A DNA stretch of 64,000 bases from Eledone cirrhosa (taxonomy: Eukaryota), in the NCBI GenBank assembly GCA_964016885.1, contig OZ024755.1:16864001-16928000 (forward strand), in the 5' to 3' direction. Made by a program: the position numbers and the translations under genes. Shown here in pieces: positions 1 through 14,720 of the stretch; positions within the stretch are counted from its first letter, which is position 1; the number at the start of each line of letters is the position of its first letter. The notes below the pieces were generated by a model. It did no database searches. It was not told the DNA's origin and was given only the letters and a program-made list of their open reading frames with translations.

Positions 1-792
1 CAGCAATTTAGGGAAGTGGAGAGTTGATAATATTGACCCTAGTACTTGACTGATGGTGAATGGCTTAGTGGTTAGAGACACATCGTATGCGACTCACTGT
101 TTGAAATATGTTGCCCATGCCTGGGGAGGGGAGACTTGTATGCATAGGCGACTACTGGTCTTTCACAAAAAAAAATCTTGCCCAGACTTGTGCATTGGAA
201 GGGATCTCTATTTGACTGATATTTTAATTCAGGCGTGGGCAACCTTTTTTGAGCACTGGGCCGCATAAGATATGGCTCATTATAAGGCAAGTTGCGCTAC
301 TAAAGAATTCAAGGTAATTTTAAAATTAGGTGTGCCATTCAGAAAGCCAAATGGCCACAGTTTACTCATGACTGGTTTAATTTATCTACCCTGAAAGAAT
401 GAAAGGCAAAATTGACCTCGGTGGGATTAGAACTCAGAGAGTAGAGAACCTAAACGAATGCCGCAAAGTATTCTAAAGGTTCTGCCAATTCAACGCCTAA
501 TGGTGTTGATAGGAAAGGTTATATATATTGTCACTTTGAATATGTGAAATGTCAGTCTGCCTCCGATCTATTAAGAAAGCCAGCTTTAACAATTCAAAGA
601 CTAGCAGACGACAGCAGCCATTCTGTGATGACAATAAACACTCTCAAACATGTCGGCACATGTTTATTGTCTGAATTTATATCTTTACTTCACTAGAATG
701 ACATGGATTACAGTTATAGTTATTGTTATTGTAAGAAAGATTAGCATTACATATACTTACACACATTGTTATACGTGTATGTGCACGCGTGC

Positions 793-901
<109 letters not shown>

Positions 902-916
902 TATATATAAATAAAT

Positions 917-1056
<140 letters not shown>

Positions 1057-1426
1057 AGTAATTGTATATTACTTCCATCTTCAAGGCATCAACTTTCGTT
1101 GATATACGCCAGAGGCGGAGAACTTTTCGTCATCAATCAAATTTGAAACCAATTGCTGGTGAAGTCTCTAGAAAACCCCACAAAACAAACAAAAACAAAC
1201 ACAAATTGCTGCATACTTATGCATTTGCAAAATGAAAGATTCATCATTTTTCTCAGTTCATTTACGCCCCCACAGGTTTCTGTATACTCGCAATTCGCCC
1301 CTCGTACGACTTACTTTACGCCTATAACACTTGATGATTCATATCTGACTTAAGTATTTTCATTTCAAATTGATTCATATTTTTATCTTCACCACACACA
1401 CACACACACATATATATATATGTATA

Positions 1427-1487
<61 letters not shown>

Positions 1488-1553
1488 AGGTATATATATT
1501 TATATGTAGGTATATATATATATATATATACATAAATACATCTCTCTATATAT

Positions 1554-1687
<134 letters not shown>

Positions 1688-2015
1688 TATAGAATAAAGC
1701 ATGTCCAGAGAATTATTTGATAATATATATACATCATCTCTACTCCCAATCAGCATAATTAACCACGCGAGTCCTTTACTCCGTTGCTTTACTTGACACC
1801 CCCCCCCCACACACATATATATACATATATACATATATACATTTGGCTTTCTTAATAGATCGGAGGCAGACTGACATTTCACATATTCAAAGAAATGATA
1901 GATATAGCCTTTCCTTCATCAAAAAATCACCAGGCATGCTCACTCGAATATAGGATGAGTTTAACCATCAAGATATATATATTATATATATATATATGTA
2001 TATATGTGTGTGTAT

Positions 2016-2068
<53 letters not shown>

Positions 2069-2072
<4 letters not shown>

Positions 2073-2279
2073 AACGAGTAGGACCCCGACGGCTGAGCTC
2101 AAGCCGTTTCGACGGCTAATTCTGGACTCAAAATTTTTAGTCCAGAATTAGCCGTCGAAACGGGTTGAGCTCAGCCGTCGGGGTCCTACTCGTTCCTATT
2201 ACCCATTCTACTACCATAAGTATTGAGTACTTTGGTGCGTTATGGTCCACCTGGTTCCTTACCACTTTTCCTCCGTTAT
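2069..2279 (+). mobile_element. Fold-back Penelope-like terminal fragment in (TA)n, family A
   Basis: About 130-bp near-perfect palindrome plus tail. Each arm carries a hammerhead 3' half GAAACGGC...GCCGTC-GGGGTC. Flanked by (TA)n. Confidence 0.6.
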
Positions 2280-2358
2280 ATATATATATATATGTATATA
2301 TGTGTATATATATATATATGTGTGTATATATATATATGTGTGTATATATATATATGTA

Positions 2359-2421
<63 letters not shown>

Positions 2422-3361
2422 GGGATAACAAGTTATCGTTATAGGCATTCCACTTAGAGGTAGTCCAGATAGAGTACTCCGTGTTTTGGATGGTATTAAC
2501 GTATGGATTAGTTTGACTCAACAAGACGCTTCCATAGTAATGCAGTGAGTTCACGGTGATTTCTATGTAGGTTATATATATATATATGTGTGTGTGTGTG
2601 TATATGTATAATCGAAGTTGCAGCTGCAAGTAGCAGATTCGCATCCGATTGAATTTCGAAGACTGTTACAAAGCACTCAATGATAAAGTAATTAAGAAAT
2701 TTCTCCTCGGAGTGAATAGAAGAAGTTAGGTAATAGTGACATAATGAATAATGCGACCAGAGGCAAGATGCCAGATTAATACTATATCAACGAAAAATAC
2801 AAACTGGAGTGTTAAATATTCAATAGCATGATTTGTTACGCTTCAATTGAAGTTTTGGTTACCACCTAACCGAGTAAGGCATTTAAATGTAATTCATACA
2901 GTACAATATATTCTGAAAATTGAAGGTAGAGTTAAGCAGGAAACAAATTTTCCATGCGTGTGTGTTTAGTATTTGATATTGTAGAAAGAACAAAGACAAA
3001 CAACGAAGTCAACGAGAGATTTAAGAGGGAAAGTATCATTTTCTTTTTGTTAGTAGAAGATAGAGACTGATCTACTGAAGTGTAAAAACAGAAGACAGTC
3101 CTGGGTACTGTCATTGTAAGCACTTTAAACATCTGTGTCAGGTCATGCAGATATTTGAATTCAAGATAAGCCTCGGGGAAACTACGAATTTTCAGTCTGT
3201 TGTTAAATTACATCACATAGAAAGTATATAGTGACTACGAAGTAAAACTACAGATATCTAAAAGTATTATTATTATCAGAGGAAGAGAAGTTGGTGATTA
3301 CAAGCAGGGTACAGACGTAAATGTCAACCTGATACCAACCTTATTATTTGGCCTACCGAAA

Positions 3362-3820
3362 GTCGGTAGATGAGCAGTATCGGTAGAGTGTCGGACAACT
3401 TGCTTTGCCACATATAGTTACGTCCCTTTACGTTCTCTGTTCAAATCCCGCCGATGTTAGCTTAACTTTTCATCCTTAAGGGGTCGATTATAAAAAGTAC
3501 CAGTGACGCACTGGGTTCGATTTAATCGACTTTCCCTTCCCTGAAAATTGTCACTCTTTTGCCGAAATCAGAAACCATTATTTGGTCTCACGAAAGTTGA
3601 TGGATTGGTAGAATCGGTAAAGAGTCGGACAACATGCTTTGCGGTATTTAATTACGATTTTCTACGTTCTGGGTTCAAATCCTGCCGAGCTCAACTATGC
3701 CTTTCAACCTTCTAAGGTCGATAAAGTAAAGTACCAGTTAAGTACTGGGGTCGATATAATCGATTTTACCCTCACATCCTCCAAGATTTCTTAACTTCTG
3801 CCTATGTTAGAAACCGTTAT
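3362..3820 (+). mobile_element. Two older S1-type SINEs
   Basis: gttcaaatccc...tttcatcc...gggtcgat...gtaccagt. Other older copies lie at about 365-497, 9124-9345, 13950-14070, 15300-15618, 45720-45898, 46570-46890 and 49005-49160. Confidence 0.75.
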
Positions 3821-3912
3821 ATAGTCTGTCGTTTTCGAAAAATCAAATTTAGAATGTATTCGTTTACTTCATAAGTCATTGCACTCTAACAGTCCAGGAA
3901 CATATGTATCAG

Positions 3913-4043
<131 letters not shown>

Positions 4044-4327
4044 TAGAGACCACATTTTTCAATTTAGAGAACCCCAAGTAGACCTGTCGCTTCCTCGGCA
4101 CCTTTTACATTAATGTGAAAATTTTCATGACAATCAGAGCATTGGTACTACTCTTTTGCCTGTATCAGACAATTTTTCGCCCATTTCACATTTATATAAT
4201 ATATATATATATATATGCATATCCAGATATATATATATACTATCCAGATGGCTTCCAAAAATAATGGTCGCATTTTAAAAGGGTACGTCAAAGCTTATTT
4301 GTAAAACTGTTATATATTGTATTTTGT

Positions 4328-4374
4328 CTGATGAAGGCATACCATAATTTAATTTGGTATCCCTGAAATATGTA
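4328..4374 (+). ncRNA. Degenerate hammerhead motif
   Basis: CTGATGA-AGG(c)ATACCA...TGGTATCCCT-GAAA-TATGTA; stem I lost. Confidence 0.4.
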
Positions 4375-4424
4375 TAATGAAATAAATATGGTTTTATAAA
4401 TATAGTTTCCATTTATTAATATCG

Positions 4425-4455
<31 letters not shown>

Positions 4456-4511
4456 GTATGTATGTGTGTGTGTGTGTGTTTCGATATATATATATATGTG
4501 TATGTGTGTGA

Positions 4512-4560
<49 letters not shown>

Positions 4561-4821
4561 CGATATATATATATATGTGTGTGTGTGTGTGTATGTGTGT
4601 GTTTCGATATATATATATATACATATATATGAGTTTAAGGAACCAGATTTTTATTAGCTCTGAAATGAACGCAAAGGCGATCAGCGATGATAAAGCATAC
4701 ATTTTGATTAAAAAAACAGTTTGCCAGTAAACTAATGGGGGGGGGGGGGGGGTACATAGTGTGGTTAGAGACGACTGGTATCAAACATGCAAGTATGAAA
4801 CACAGATACACATCAACATTT

Positions 4822-4853
<32 letters not shown>

Positions 4854-5311
4854 TTACTGGCACTCCGTCAGTTACGACGATGAGTGTTCCAGTTGATCTG
4901 ATCAACGGAACACAGCCTGCTCATGAAATTAACATGCAAGTGGCTGAGCATTTCCCAGACACGCGTACCCTTAACGTATTTCCCAGGAAGATTCAGCGTG
5001 ACACAAAATGTGACAAGGCAAAATGTGACGAATTAAAGGCACAACTCATTGTTTCTCCTGTCAACTGAGTGAACTGGAGCAACTTGAAACAAGGTGTCTT
5101 GCTCAAGGACCCACATATATATATATATGAGAACAACGTGGAGGTGTTACATAAGAAATCTATTGATCAATCTTGGTTACAATCGTTTCACAAACAGTCG
5201 GCTCATGATTCGGTTTGATGTTCCGGAACCAGTTCCAATTACTATATACACTTTTCTCTAGCATTGTGTGCTGACTTTGGTACTCTCACCAGTTTTCTAC
5301 AAACCTTCTGC

Positions 5312-5366
<55 letters not shown>

Positions 5367-5475
5367 GTAATAATAATAAATGTGAAGACTAAAATCCAAA
5401 GAGGTCTCGATAAGGATAAATATATATCAAATATATAAGAACCCTAGGGCAAATTTTTATTAAAATAACAGATTC

Positions 5476-5528
5476 AAGTTTAAGCAAAGAATCGCTGCTT
5501 TCACCCTTAACGGGATCTTCTGAAACTC
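5476..5528 (-). ncRNA. Hammerhead-like motif with variant core CAGAAGA
   Basis: Minus strand reads GAGTTT-CAGAAGA-T-CCC-gttaa-GGG-T-GAAA-GCA-gcgattctt-TGC-TT-AAACTT. Stems I, II and III all pair; triplet CUU. It is the left arm of palindrome 5456-5594. Confidence 0.6.
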
Positions 5529-5865
5529 AGAAGATCCTGTTAAGGGTGAAAGCAGCGATTCTTTGCTTAAACTTTAATCTGTTATTTTAATAAATAAATA
5601 AATATCTATATCTATCTATCTATATATATATATAAATGAAGTAATTCCGTCGGAAAAGTCCAGGAAAAAGAGTGCTCTATGTATATATAAAAGGTAAACA
5701 GAAATAACAACACAATCGGTACAGTATATAGAAGGGATATATTAGGTTAACGCTTGATATAGCAGGACCTTTTACATATATATATATAATAGTAGAACAC
5801 TGGAGGGTTATATCCGTAGTAGTAGAACACTCAGTCCATGGGACGAGTTTGGTAGAAGTTGTTCC

Positions 5866-5981
<116 letters not shown>

Positions 5982-6197
5982 CTTTCGTTTCACCTGTTTG
6001 TTTAGCTTGCTTCGTTTTTTGGCTTCAGTGGCTCATGGCTTCTTGACCGCCGTTTTCAGTTTGTTTGGCCTCTATAACCTATGTTTATTGCTCTGGTCTT
6101 CTTTTAGTCCATTGAGCGCTTGCCGAATATCTCGAAAATTGCGTTTCGCTTTGCTTTTGACCACTGCCGAAATTCGTTCTCGCTGAAATTATATTTG

Positions 6198-6237
<40 letters not shown>

Positions 6238-6643
6238 CTTTTCCTGAGTCCTGTATTTTCGTTGCTGTGGTAATGCGGCTGGACTGCCGATCGCTATATT
6301 TGATTTGCTAAGCTCTCTAAACGTATTGTTATTACTCTGGGGGTACTATTCCCATTCGAGTGCTAAACCTACATACCGAATTTGCATTCGTTAGCTTGGC
6401 CGCAAACTAAAGCTTCGTTAATGCTGTACTAAAATTTATATATATATTATATATAACATTTTGGTCGTTTTAACTGCTGCTATTTCTAGTGGCAGGACAT
6501 TGACCTTTCCGCCCTTGCTTCTATCTTTACACACAGCACTAGACAAGATTGTTTCTACATCATACACTCTCATCTGGGAACAGTTCTGTATGGCGCCAGT
6601 TCGTGATTTGAACTCGGGAATTTAATATTCTCGAGTGAGAAGA

Positions 6644-6727
6644 ACCCTCTGACGAAAGTCTTCTTCTCAATGGCTTTCCGCATGGATTATCCATTTATTT
6701 TGAGACTTGAAACCGCGCGGTAAGGGT
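6644..6727 (+). ncRNA. Type I hammerhead ribozyme, canonical core
   Basis: Stem I ACCCT/AGGGT; core CTGACGA (6649-6655); stem II AAGTCT/AGACTT; GAAA (6709-6712); palindromic stem III ACCGCGCGGT; cleavage triplet GUA (cut after 6722). Confidence 0.85.
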
Positions 6728-7234
6728 AAATATAGTAGGTACAGTAAACTTTTTAAAATTTATTTTAAAACTTTTTCTCTATTTGCTAAACCTTGATTAT
6801 ATATATATATATATACACACACACATACGTACACATGTATATATACATATCTTAAACATCCCCATCCTCCTAACACACCTAACCCATCAATGAGTGTTAT
6901 ATATACACACACACACACACGGTCCTATACAAACATGTAAACCCGTGACAACAATTCACAAGGAATGAAATGAAAACAGAATTCATGAGATTACATGATA
7001 ACACGATTCAGTTTATAAAAGCATTTCTATTACAGATATCAGAGATTAAGAGATTTACTATTAATCTTTTTATCGGTCTTTGTTTACCTTTCTATTTATT
7101 TATTTATTTATTTGAAATGTGTTCGTCCCAACGCAAATGAGCATAATAATAGTTGAACACTACAAACTGCTTTCTTTACATTTACCACACACAAACATAG
7201 ACGTACACGCAACATTACACACACACACACACAA

Positions 7235-7327
<93 letters not shown>

Positions 7328-7342
7328 GTATATATATGTATA

Positions 7343-7417
<75 letters not shown>

Positions 7418-7471
7418 TAGTATTATCCGTAGTGTTGTAATATGAATATTTGTAATATATGTATATATATG

Positions 7472-7547
<76 letters not shown>

Positions 7548-7686
7548 ATAATAGGCAACTGAAATGCCAGTGTATTTAATATATTTAAACATTAACTCAG
7601 TAACCACTCAATTCACACACACACACACTCATACACACACACACACGCGCGCGCGCAAATCTCTATATATATCTTTATTGATTATA

Positions 7687-7773
7687 AATAGTTACGACCG
7701 TTTCACAGATGAGTGGCTCAGGGTCTATAATAATGCTATAAACCAGACTCTACCCGATCTGTTCTTCAAACCT
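7687..7773 (-). ncRNA. Degenerate hammerhead motif
   Basis: Minus strand TTGAAGA-ACAGAT...ATCTGT-GAAACGGTCGTA; stem I only partly paired. Confidence 0.45.
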
Positions 7774-7931
7774 GTTAATCAAGCAAAACCGTCATATATA
7801 TATATATATATATATAACCATTCTGTTGCCAGTTCTAGACTAACACTTTATTATCGACCACCTAAAGATGAAAGGCAGAGGAGTTGACTTTGGCGAGATT
7901 TGAACTCAGAAATAAAACAAATACTGTACAC

Positions 7932-8475
7932 CTGAGGTTCTCAAACGTTTTGGGCCACCGTCCACCTCACAACCTCAGTGCCCCAACCCTATTTACAGAG
8001 AGACCTGCCTACACACAAATTGTAAATCATACATAATAGATAAAATCGTAAATTTATATATGATAAATAATATAATTGTTTCTACTTTAGGCACAAGGCC
8101 AGCAATTATCCCAGTGCATTACTGGTACTTTATTTTATCGACCCCGTAAGGATGAAAGGCAAAGTTAACCTCGGCGGGATTTGAACTCAGATCATAAAGG
8201 GACGTAACTATGCTGGAAAGCATGGCGTCCGACCCTCTACCGATACTGACAATCCGCCGCCTATATGATAAATAATGTAATACATACTATATATAAATAA
8301 ATATATATTTTTTTATTTTACTATATTTATATATAATATATATATTATTTGATATTTAATATACCATTATATCGTCTCTACCACCCTCCCAAACACTCCC
8401 TAAAAGCCCAGCGATCCCTGGACCTTTTCAACGCCCCCTCCCGGGTGACCGTAGCACCCACTTAAAGAACCTCTG
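7932..8475. mobile_element. hAT-type MITE with 8-bp TSD
   Basis: Ends c(t)gaggttctcaaac ... agaacctctg; TSD ctgtacac/ctgtatac. Confidence 0.75.
8072..8261 (-). mobile_element. S1 SINE with 15-bp TSD
   Basis: TSD tatatgataaataat at 8057-8071 and 8262-8276. Confidence 0.9.
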
Positions 8476-8826
8476 CTGTATACCATTCTATCTAACGTTC
8501 TAACGACTATAGCAATGTGCCGCCTTCATACAAACTACCAGTGCCGTATAATATCGGTTTTGAAGACAATGCAGCAACGGACATGCTAATACATGTTCAG
8601 AAATTAGAACTAACTTTTGTACAGTTTTTACATACCGGAAAATGTTTCTGTTACGCACAAACTCATTTAGTTAACTTCATACACTACAACGGATAAAAGA
8701 AAGTGCCAACAGGTTTTGACCCATAAAATAATGTCCTCACTATAAAGACACCTGGTAATTTGTGCAGCTCAACGGTCAAGTGTCCATTGATAGGTTCCGT
8801 GGCGACTATCATTCACACCACACGTT

Positions 8827-8887
<61 letters not shown>

Positions 8888-9539
8888 CTACCTCTTATAA
8901 AAAGCTACCTCTTATAAAAAGCATTCCAGCCATGATTATTTTGACCATTTTTCTCTTTTACTTTCAAACATGATGTATCTGAAGCGAGTCGTTGATGGGA
9001 AATAGTGATGAAAATATATGATTGTAAGATTGAATGTAAGTTATTCTTGTGTGTTGACGAGGGGTATTGGTTGTTGTTTAGCTAACGAATCTGCCAATCC
9101 GCTGCTATCCACCCTAATATGATAATTGTTTCTGATTTAGACACAAGGCCAACCACTTTCTGGGAAGGGGCAAATCGATTAAATAGACCCCAGTGCATTA
9201 ATGGTTCTTTATTTTATTGATCCTTCAAGGATGAAAAGCAAAGCTAACCTCGGAGGGATTCGAGCTCAGAATATAAAGGGCCGGAACTATATGTCACAAA
9301 GCATTTTGTCCGACGCTCTACCGATACTGCCAATTTACCACCGTTACCCGACCTAATGTAATAATAATAATCTTTTTTTTAATTTATAATATTTTCTGAT
9401 AAACTTGGTCTCCTCTTAAAGTCACGGCGGCGGACATTTTAAGTCAACATAATCTGGAACAAAGTAGCAAACAGTCGATCGTCTGCGTTGGAAGAAGATG
9501 GCGACCCACTGCACTACCAAGCGTAGGAGGACCTAAGTC

Positions 9540-9722
9540 TACGACGGTCGGCTGAAAAGTTCACAGGCTGACCAAGATAATCTCATAGAATGATCATTTA
9601 TTTTTAAACAGTCCCTGGAATGAAATAATACAGTTATTTATTAATAAGAAGAGTTGAAATAAATGCATGCAAGATCTCACTCCTTCATAGTCAGCTTTTG
9701 AACGTTTCAGCCGACACTCATA
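9540..9722. mobile_element. Non-autonomous mariner-like element
   Basis: TIR acga(g)ggtcggctgaaaagttc / gaacgtttcagccgacactc with TA flanks. Relatives at about 21465-21805 and 29855-30050. Confidence 0.7.
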
Positions 9723-12700
9723 AGTCTAAGCCTAACAAAACCAAACTAAGATGAAAGTTGTATTTAAAGGACGACAATCACAGTCACTCACGCTCCAATT
9801 ACACACACACACATATATATACATATAAATATACACACATAAATATATATATATATACACACACACATAAATATATATACACACATACACATACATATAT
9901 ATATTAACAATAGCAATTGTTCAAACAACTGGCAACAACCGTTATATGAATGGAAAAAGAAACAGAAATTAACACATAAAATGAAAAATAATAAAACCAG
10001 AATTATATTGACCACAACTTTCTCTCTTCACCGACACCACCACCAATACCACCTCCACCAACACCATCACTAACACCTCCACCAACATCACTACCAACGC
10101 TATCAACACCACTGCCACAACTACCACCATCATCAACACCAACACCACCACTGCCACCACCACCAACAACAACAATAACAACAGCAGCATTACAGCAAAT
10201 GCTAGAAATGGCAGACGACAGTAAAACAGAAAAACAACATCGTCAACACAAAAGTTTAGTGAAAAGAGAAGGGGGGGGGGGAGATTAATATGAAAACTGG
10301 TAAGGCAATCACTGAAAACTATTTTCAAGGATGGGTTCATGTTTTATTCAACATTTAGAAAGTTCTCTCCTCTCCACAGTCCATTGTTTTTTTCTTTCTC
10401 TCTTCAAACGTCTTGATATGACACACATACATACATATGTACATACATATGTGCATACATACATATGTGCATACATACATACATATGTGCATATGTACAT
10501 ACATATACATGTGCATACATAAATATGTGCATACATATATATACATGCAAACACGCACGCACACACACATTTATTTTGCATACATAATTACATACTCACA
10601 CATTCATCCTTCATAAATACATAAATACACACACACACACACACACACACACTTATATATACTATATATACATGCACACACACATACACACACACACACA
10701 CACATACACATACTTTCACACACATATATATGCATACGTGCAAACACATACACACATGCATATGCATGTATACAATAATGATAAATACTACATCGTCTGC
10801 CAGGTGTAATCTACGTGTAGACATACAGGCATATCACGACACAACAGGACAAGATCGTTATTTTAGTGGGTCTTTATTCACTTGCTTTGTCGTCTGTTTA
10901 AAGACTGCAGCAGATGTTCGCAGCAGTGAATTTCGATTGCCTTTTTCAGTTTATAATATTTTGTTAGATTTATTTTTAATGGTTTAGTGAGAGGAAGGGC
11001 AACAACGCCCACGACTCTTTACAGCAACTGATTAGAACTATCTATCTTATTTAATGTCATATATGAGAGACCAAGATGAAAAATTGTCAGATATTAATGG
11101 CGTCCGGCGATTTTGAGGACTCCAATTGTCTTGTGGACAAAAAACAAGTTCTCTGTCCCTCTCTCCCCAATCTCTCTCTCTTTCTCTCTCTCTTTCTCCC
11201 CCTCACACTTTCTCTCATTTTTTGCTCTGCCATCTCTTTTCTCTGCTCTCTGCTCTCACCAATAAATCACTAGGTCTTATTATCCATCGATGATTCTTGA
11301 TAGCAACTGATTAGAACTGAAGTATTTTCTAGCTCTGAGATGGAACCTTTATCTTTGAGATCTATCTTACGTAATGTCATATATGAGGGACCAAGATGAG
11401 AAATTACCAGATATTAATGGCATCTAACGATTTTGAGATAAAATCCTGCCGTGGTCAACTTTGCATTTCATCCTTTCGAGGTCGATGAAAAAAAGTACCA
11501 GTCCAATACTGGGATCGTTTCTCCCTCTATATCTTTTTCTCCCTTCTTCCCTATCACTCACTCATGAGGATGTTGTGTGTGACTGTGGCATCGAACCACA
11601 GACTACGCTGCACCCCCTGATATGTCCCCTGCTGGAACACCCCTGCACAGCATTGGACTTGGCAGTGTTTAATGAGAAAGGACAGCAATGTGTTCAGCTG
11701 TGGTGGAACCACGTCTAGCCAAGCTTTGTAACTGATATTCTTGTGGGCACGACAAGAAGTAGAAGACTTTCTCTTTCTCTATCCTTCTCTGGAAGAAATC
11801 TGCTGTATTCAGACCTAGAGAGAAAAAGGGCTCCATCAGGTTTTAAAAATGCTCAAGAAACGCCGCATGTCAATATGGCGACCCTACGACTGCTTCAGGC
11901 GTTACGGGACCATGCAATACCAAAAGTATATTTAGATTAGATATGTTACTTTTGAATGTCTCCGTTAATGAGCATTGTTTTGTAGACAACCATTCCAAAA
12001 AGATGGAACCATATCACATGAAGGAAAAAAACAAAAAAAAAACAAAACCTTTAACGTGCTAACTTTTTTTTATTACTGGAATCATCTATAGTATAATCGT
12101 TCCACATTGCTTTTCCCAATAACTATTGATCGCAGCTTTTGTCTCCAGGTCTTTCATCCTACTTTGAGATGAATCTAATAAAAAAATTATATAACCTATA
12201 TCTCTTTTGAATTCTCCATAGTCTTTATATTTAAAGAACGCGGTTCTTTTACTACATTTATTATTTATATAAGCAATAAAAATATGTGTAGGAGTATGCT
12301 TTTTAAAACCCCACCTTCCTGCCACTGCATATATTTGTACGTGTATGTGTTAGTGCAAAGGTGTATGTATGTATTTATGTATATATGTATATATGTATGT
12401 ATGTATATTTGCACGTGTGTGTTCCGTTCTAAATTTATTTAGTTTAACAAATTCTCATATCTAAAATCATGTGGTATAGCTTGTGTGGTGTTACATCAGC
12501 AACCAGACATACCCCTGCAGAGTATAAAATCCGTCTGTAATATTGTAATATCATTGGCTTAACTAAGCAAACCTAATTTCTCTGCTTTGAAATTAACGCG
12601 TAACAAAATTTCTTTTCAGGATTCTATAAACGAGCCATGACTGATTTCTGGTTTAACCCGTCGTGTATTTGAAAGTAATATTTTCAACAAAAGATTATCT

Positions 12701-13019
12701 TCGCCTCTATATGACCTCTCTCTCTCTCTCTTATTAATTAAAAAAAAAATAAATTACTGACATTTCAAAAAAGAAAGAAATTATTCAAATTTTCTTACAC
12801 GCAATAGCTATTAAAATATCAAAAGTTTAGCAACATTTACAAATTCTGCATTCTTTCCAAGTTTATTGACTTGCTGCTCCACTTCAATTTAAATTGAATT
12901 CTTAATTTCCCCAATGCAAGTAAGCAACAAAGCTTCTGTTACAGTTTTGGGAATTGTGGGTGGGGGACTTAAGTAATATGTATCAGTATCATTATTATTA
13001 TCATTATTATTACGGGGTC

Positions 13020-13490
13020 GAGGGTCGGACGCCATGCTTTCCAGCATAGTTACGTCCCTTTACGATCTGAGTTCAAATCCCGCCGAGGTTGACTTTGCCT
13101 TTCATCCTTACAGGGTCGATAAAATAAAGTACCAGTAATGCACTGGGTAATTGCTGGCCTTGTGCCTAAAGTAGAAACAATTATTATTACGTGGTCGATA
13201 AAATAAAGTACCAGTAATGCACTGGCTAATTGCTGGCCATGTGCCAAAAGTAGAAACAATTATTATTATCATTATTATTATTATTAGGGCGGTGGATTGG
13301 CAGTATCGGTAGAGGGTCGGACGCCATGCTTTGCAGCAACGAGTTACGGCCCTTTATGGTCTGAGTTCAAATCCCGCCGAGGTTAACTTTGCCTTTCATC
13401 CTTACGGGGTCGATAAAATAAAGTACCAGTAATACACTGGGATAATTGCTGGCCTTGTGCCAAAAGTAGAAACAATTATTATTATTATTA
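13020..13490 (+). mobile_element. Head-to-tail S1 SINE array
   Basis: Three full or partial copies separated by (ATT)n. Confidence 0.85.
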
Positions 13491-13871
13491 GCTCAGGCTT
13501 TTTTTCATCACTAATAAGAGACTAATAAATAAATTAAAAACATGATCATGCTAACATATATAGAGTCAATCGAAAATCACGGTAGTAAAAACCGAAGCAC
13601 ATGTATATTGAAACAAATTATTTTAAATCATCACTGATATAATTTTTTAACTAACAAAGGATCATTCAACAAGTTTCCACATTATTGAAGGGACTTAAGC
13701 TCCAAAAGCCCTTTAGCGCCGGAAGGCTTGAGCTATCATTAATATATGTATAGACCCGAAGTCATTTATGGAGCAGTATGGACGACGACATTCAGCGTTT
13801 TTTGGGTACCTTGAACTTGGTGGATCTCATCTCCTATCCAAGTCTGAACACAGCCGACCAATTTCTTCCAC

Positions 13872-13946
<75 letters not shown>

Positions 13947-14448
13947 CCTAATACTGGACTAGTATATTTTGTTTATCGACCTCGAAAGAGTAAAAGGAAA
14001 AGCGCAGAGAGTCGGAACGGATACCTCAAAGCATTCTATCCGACACTCTAACGACTTTGTCAATTCACCGGCTCCAATTATTAATATACTGACTATAATC
14101 TGAAGCTTGAATAATTGAATAACTTAACCTTTAAACAAGAGACACAATACGAGTTCACTTCATTTCAGTGAAGTTACTGACACCTTATCCTTATACTTGT
14201 GTTGCTATTAAATATTAAATATGCACCACAGGGAGTCTATACTAACATTGTAGACTTCTTGGATTGTTAATGTCATGCTGAGGGTAGTAGATTTACAGGA
14301 TCGGTAGAGTGTTGTATAAAATGCTTTATAGTACAGAACGAGAGAACAGGTAGTCGATTCTAAGAATTTATATCTATATTAATGAAGCAAGGTATCAAAG
14401 AACGACACGAACTCACTGTTTATTAAACAACCAAGAGATGGATGGTTA

Positions 14449-14720
14449 CACTGTTCAGCTGGTGTTAACAACGTCTTTCTGGCAGGTTTTCCTTAACTCT
14501 TTTGATACCAACCCACTTGAAACCTACCTAGATTTACAATACACTGTTGAGCTGGTGTTAACAACGTCTCTCTAACAGGTTTCCCTTTTGATACCAACCC
14601 ACTTAAAACCTGCCTGGATTTATGATACATTGTTCAGTTGGTGTTAACGTCTCTCTGACAGTTTTCGCTTAACCCTTTATATACCAACTCACCTGAAACC
14701 ACCCTGGACTTATTATACAA
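14449..14720. repeat. About 90-bp tandem triplication spanning a TTAA-MITE end
   Basis: acactgttcagctggtgttaac...ttttgataccaacccac...aaacc, three times. Confidence 0.8.

Noticed and set aside
2932-3132. 66-aa minus-strand ORF in non-repetitive DNA
   Set aside because: No recognisable domain and no convincing splice signals.
11020-11440. ~100-bp direct duplication (11022-11118 and 11301-11438)
   Set aside because: Ordinary diverged local duplication with no functional signal.
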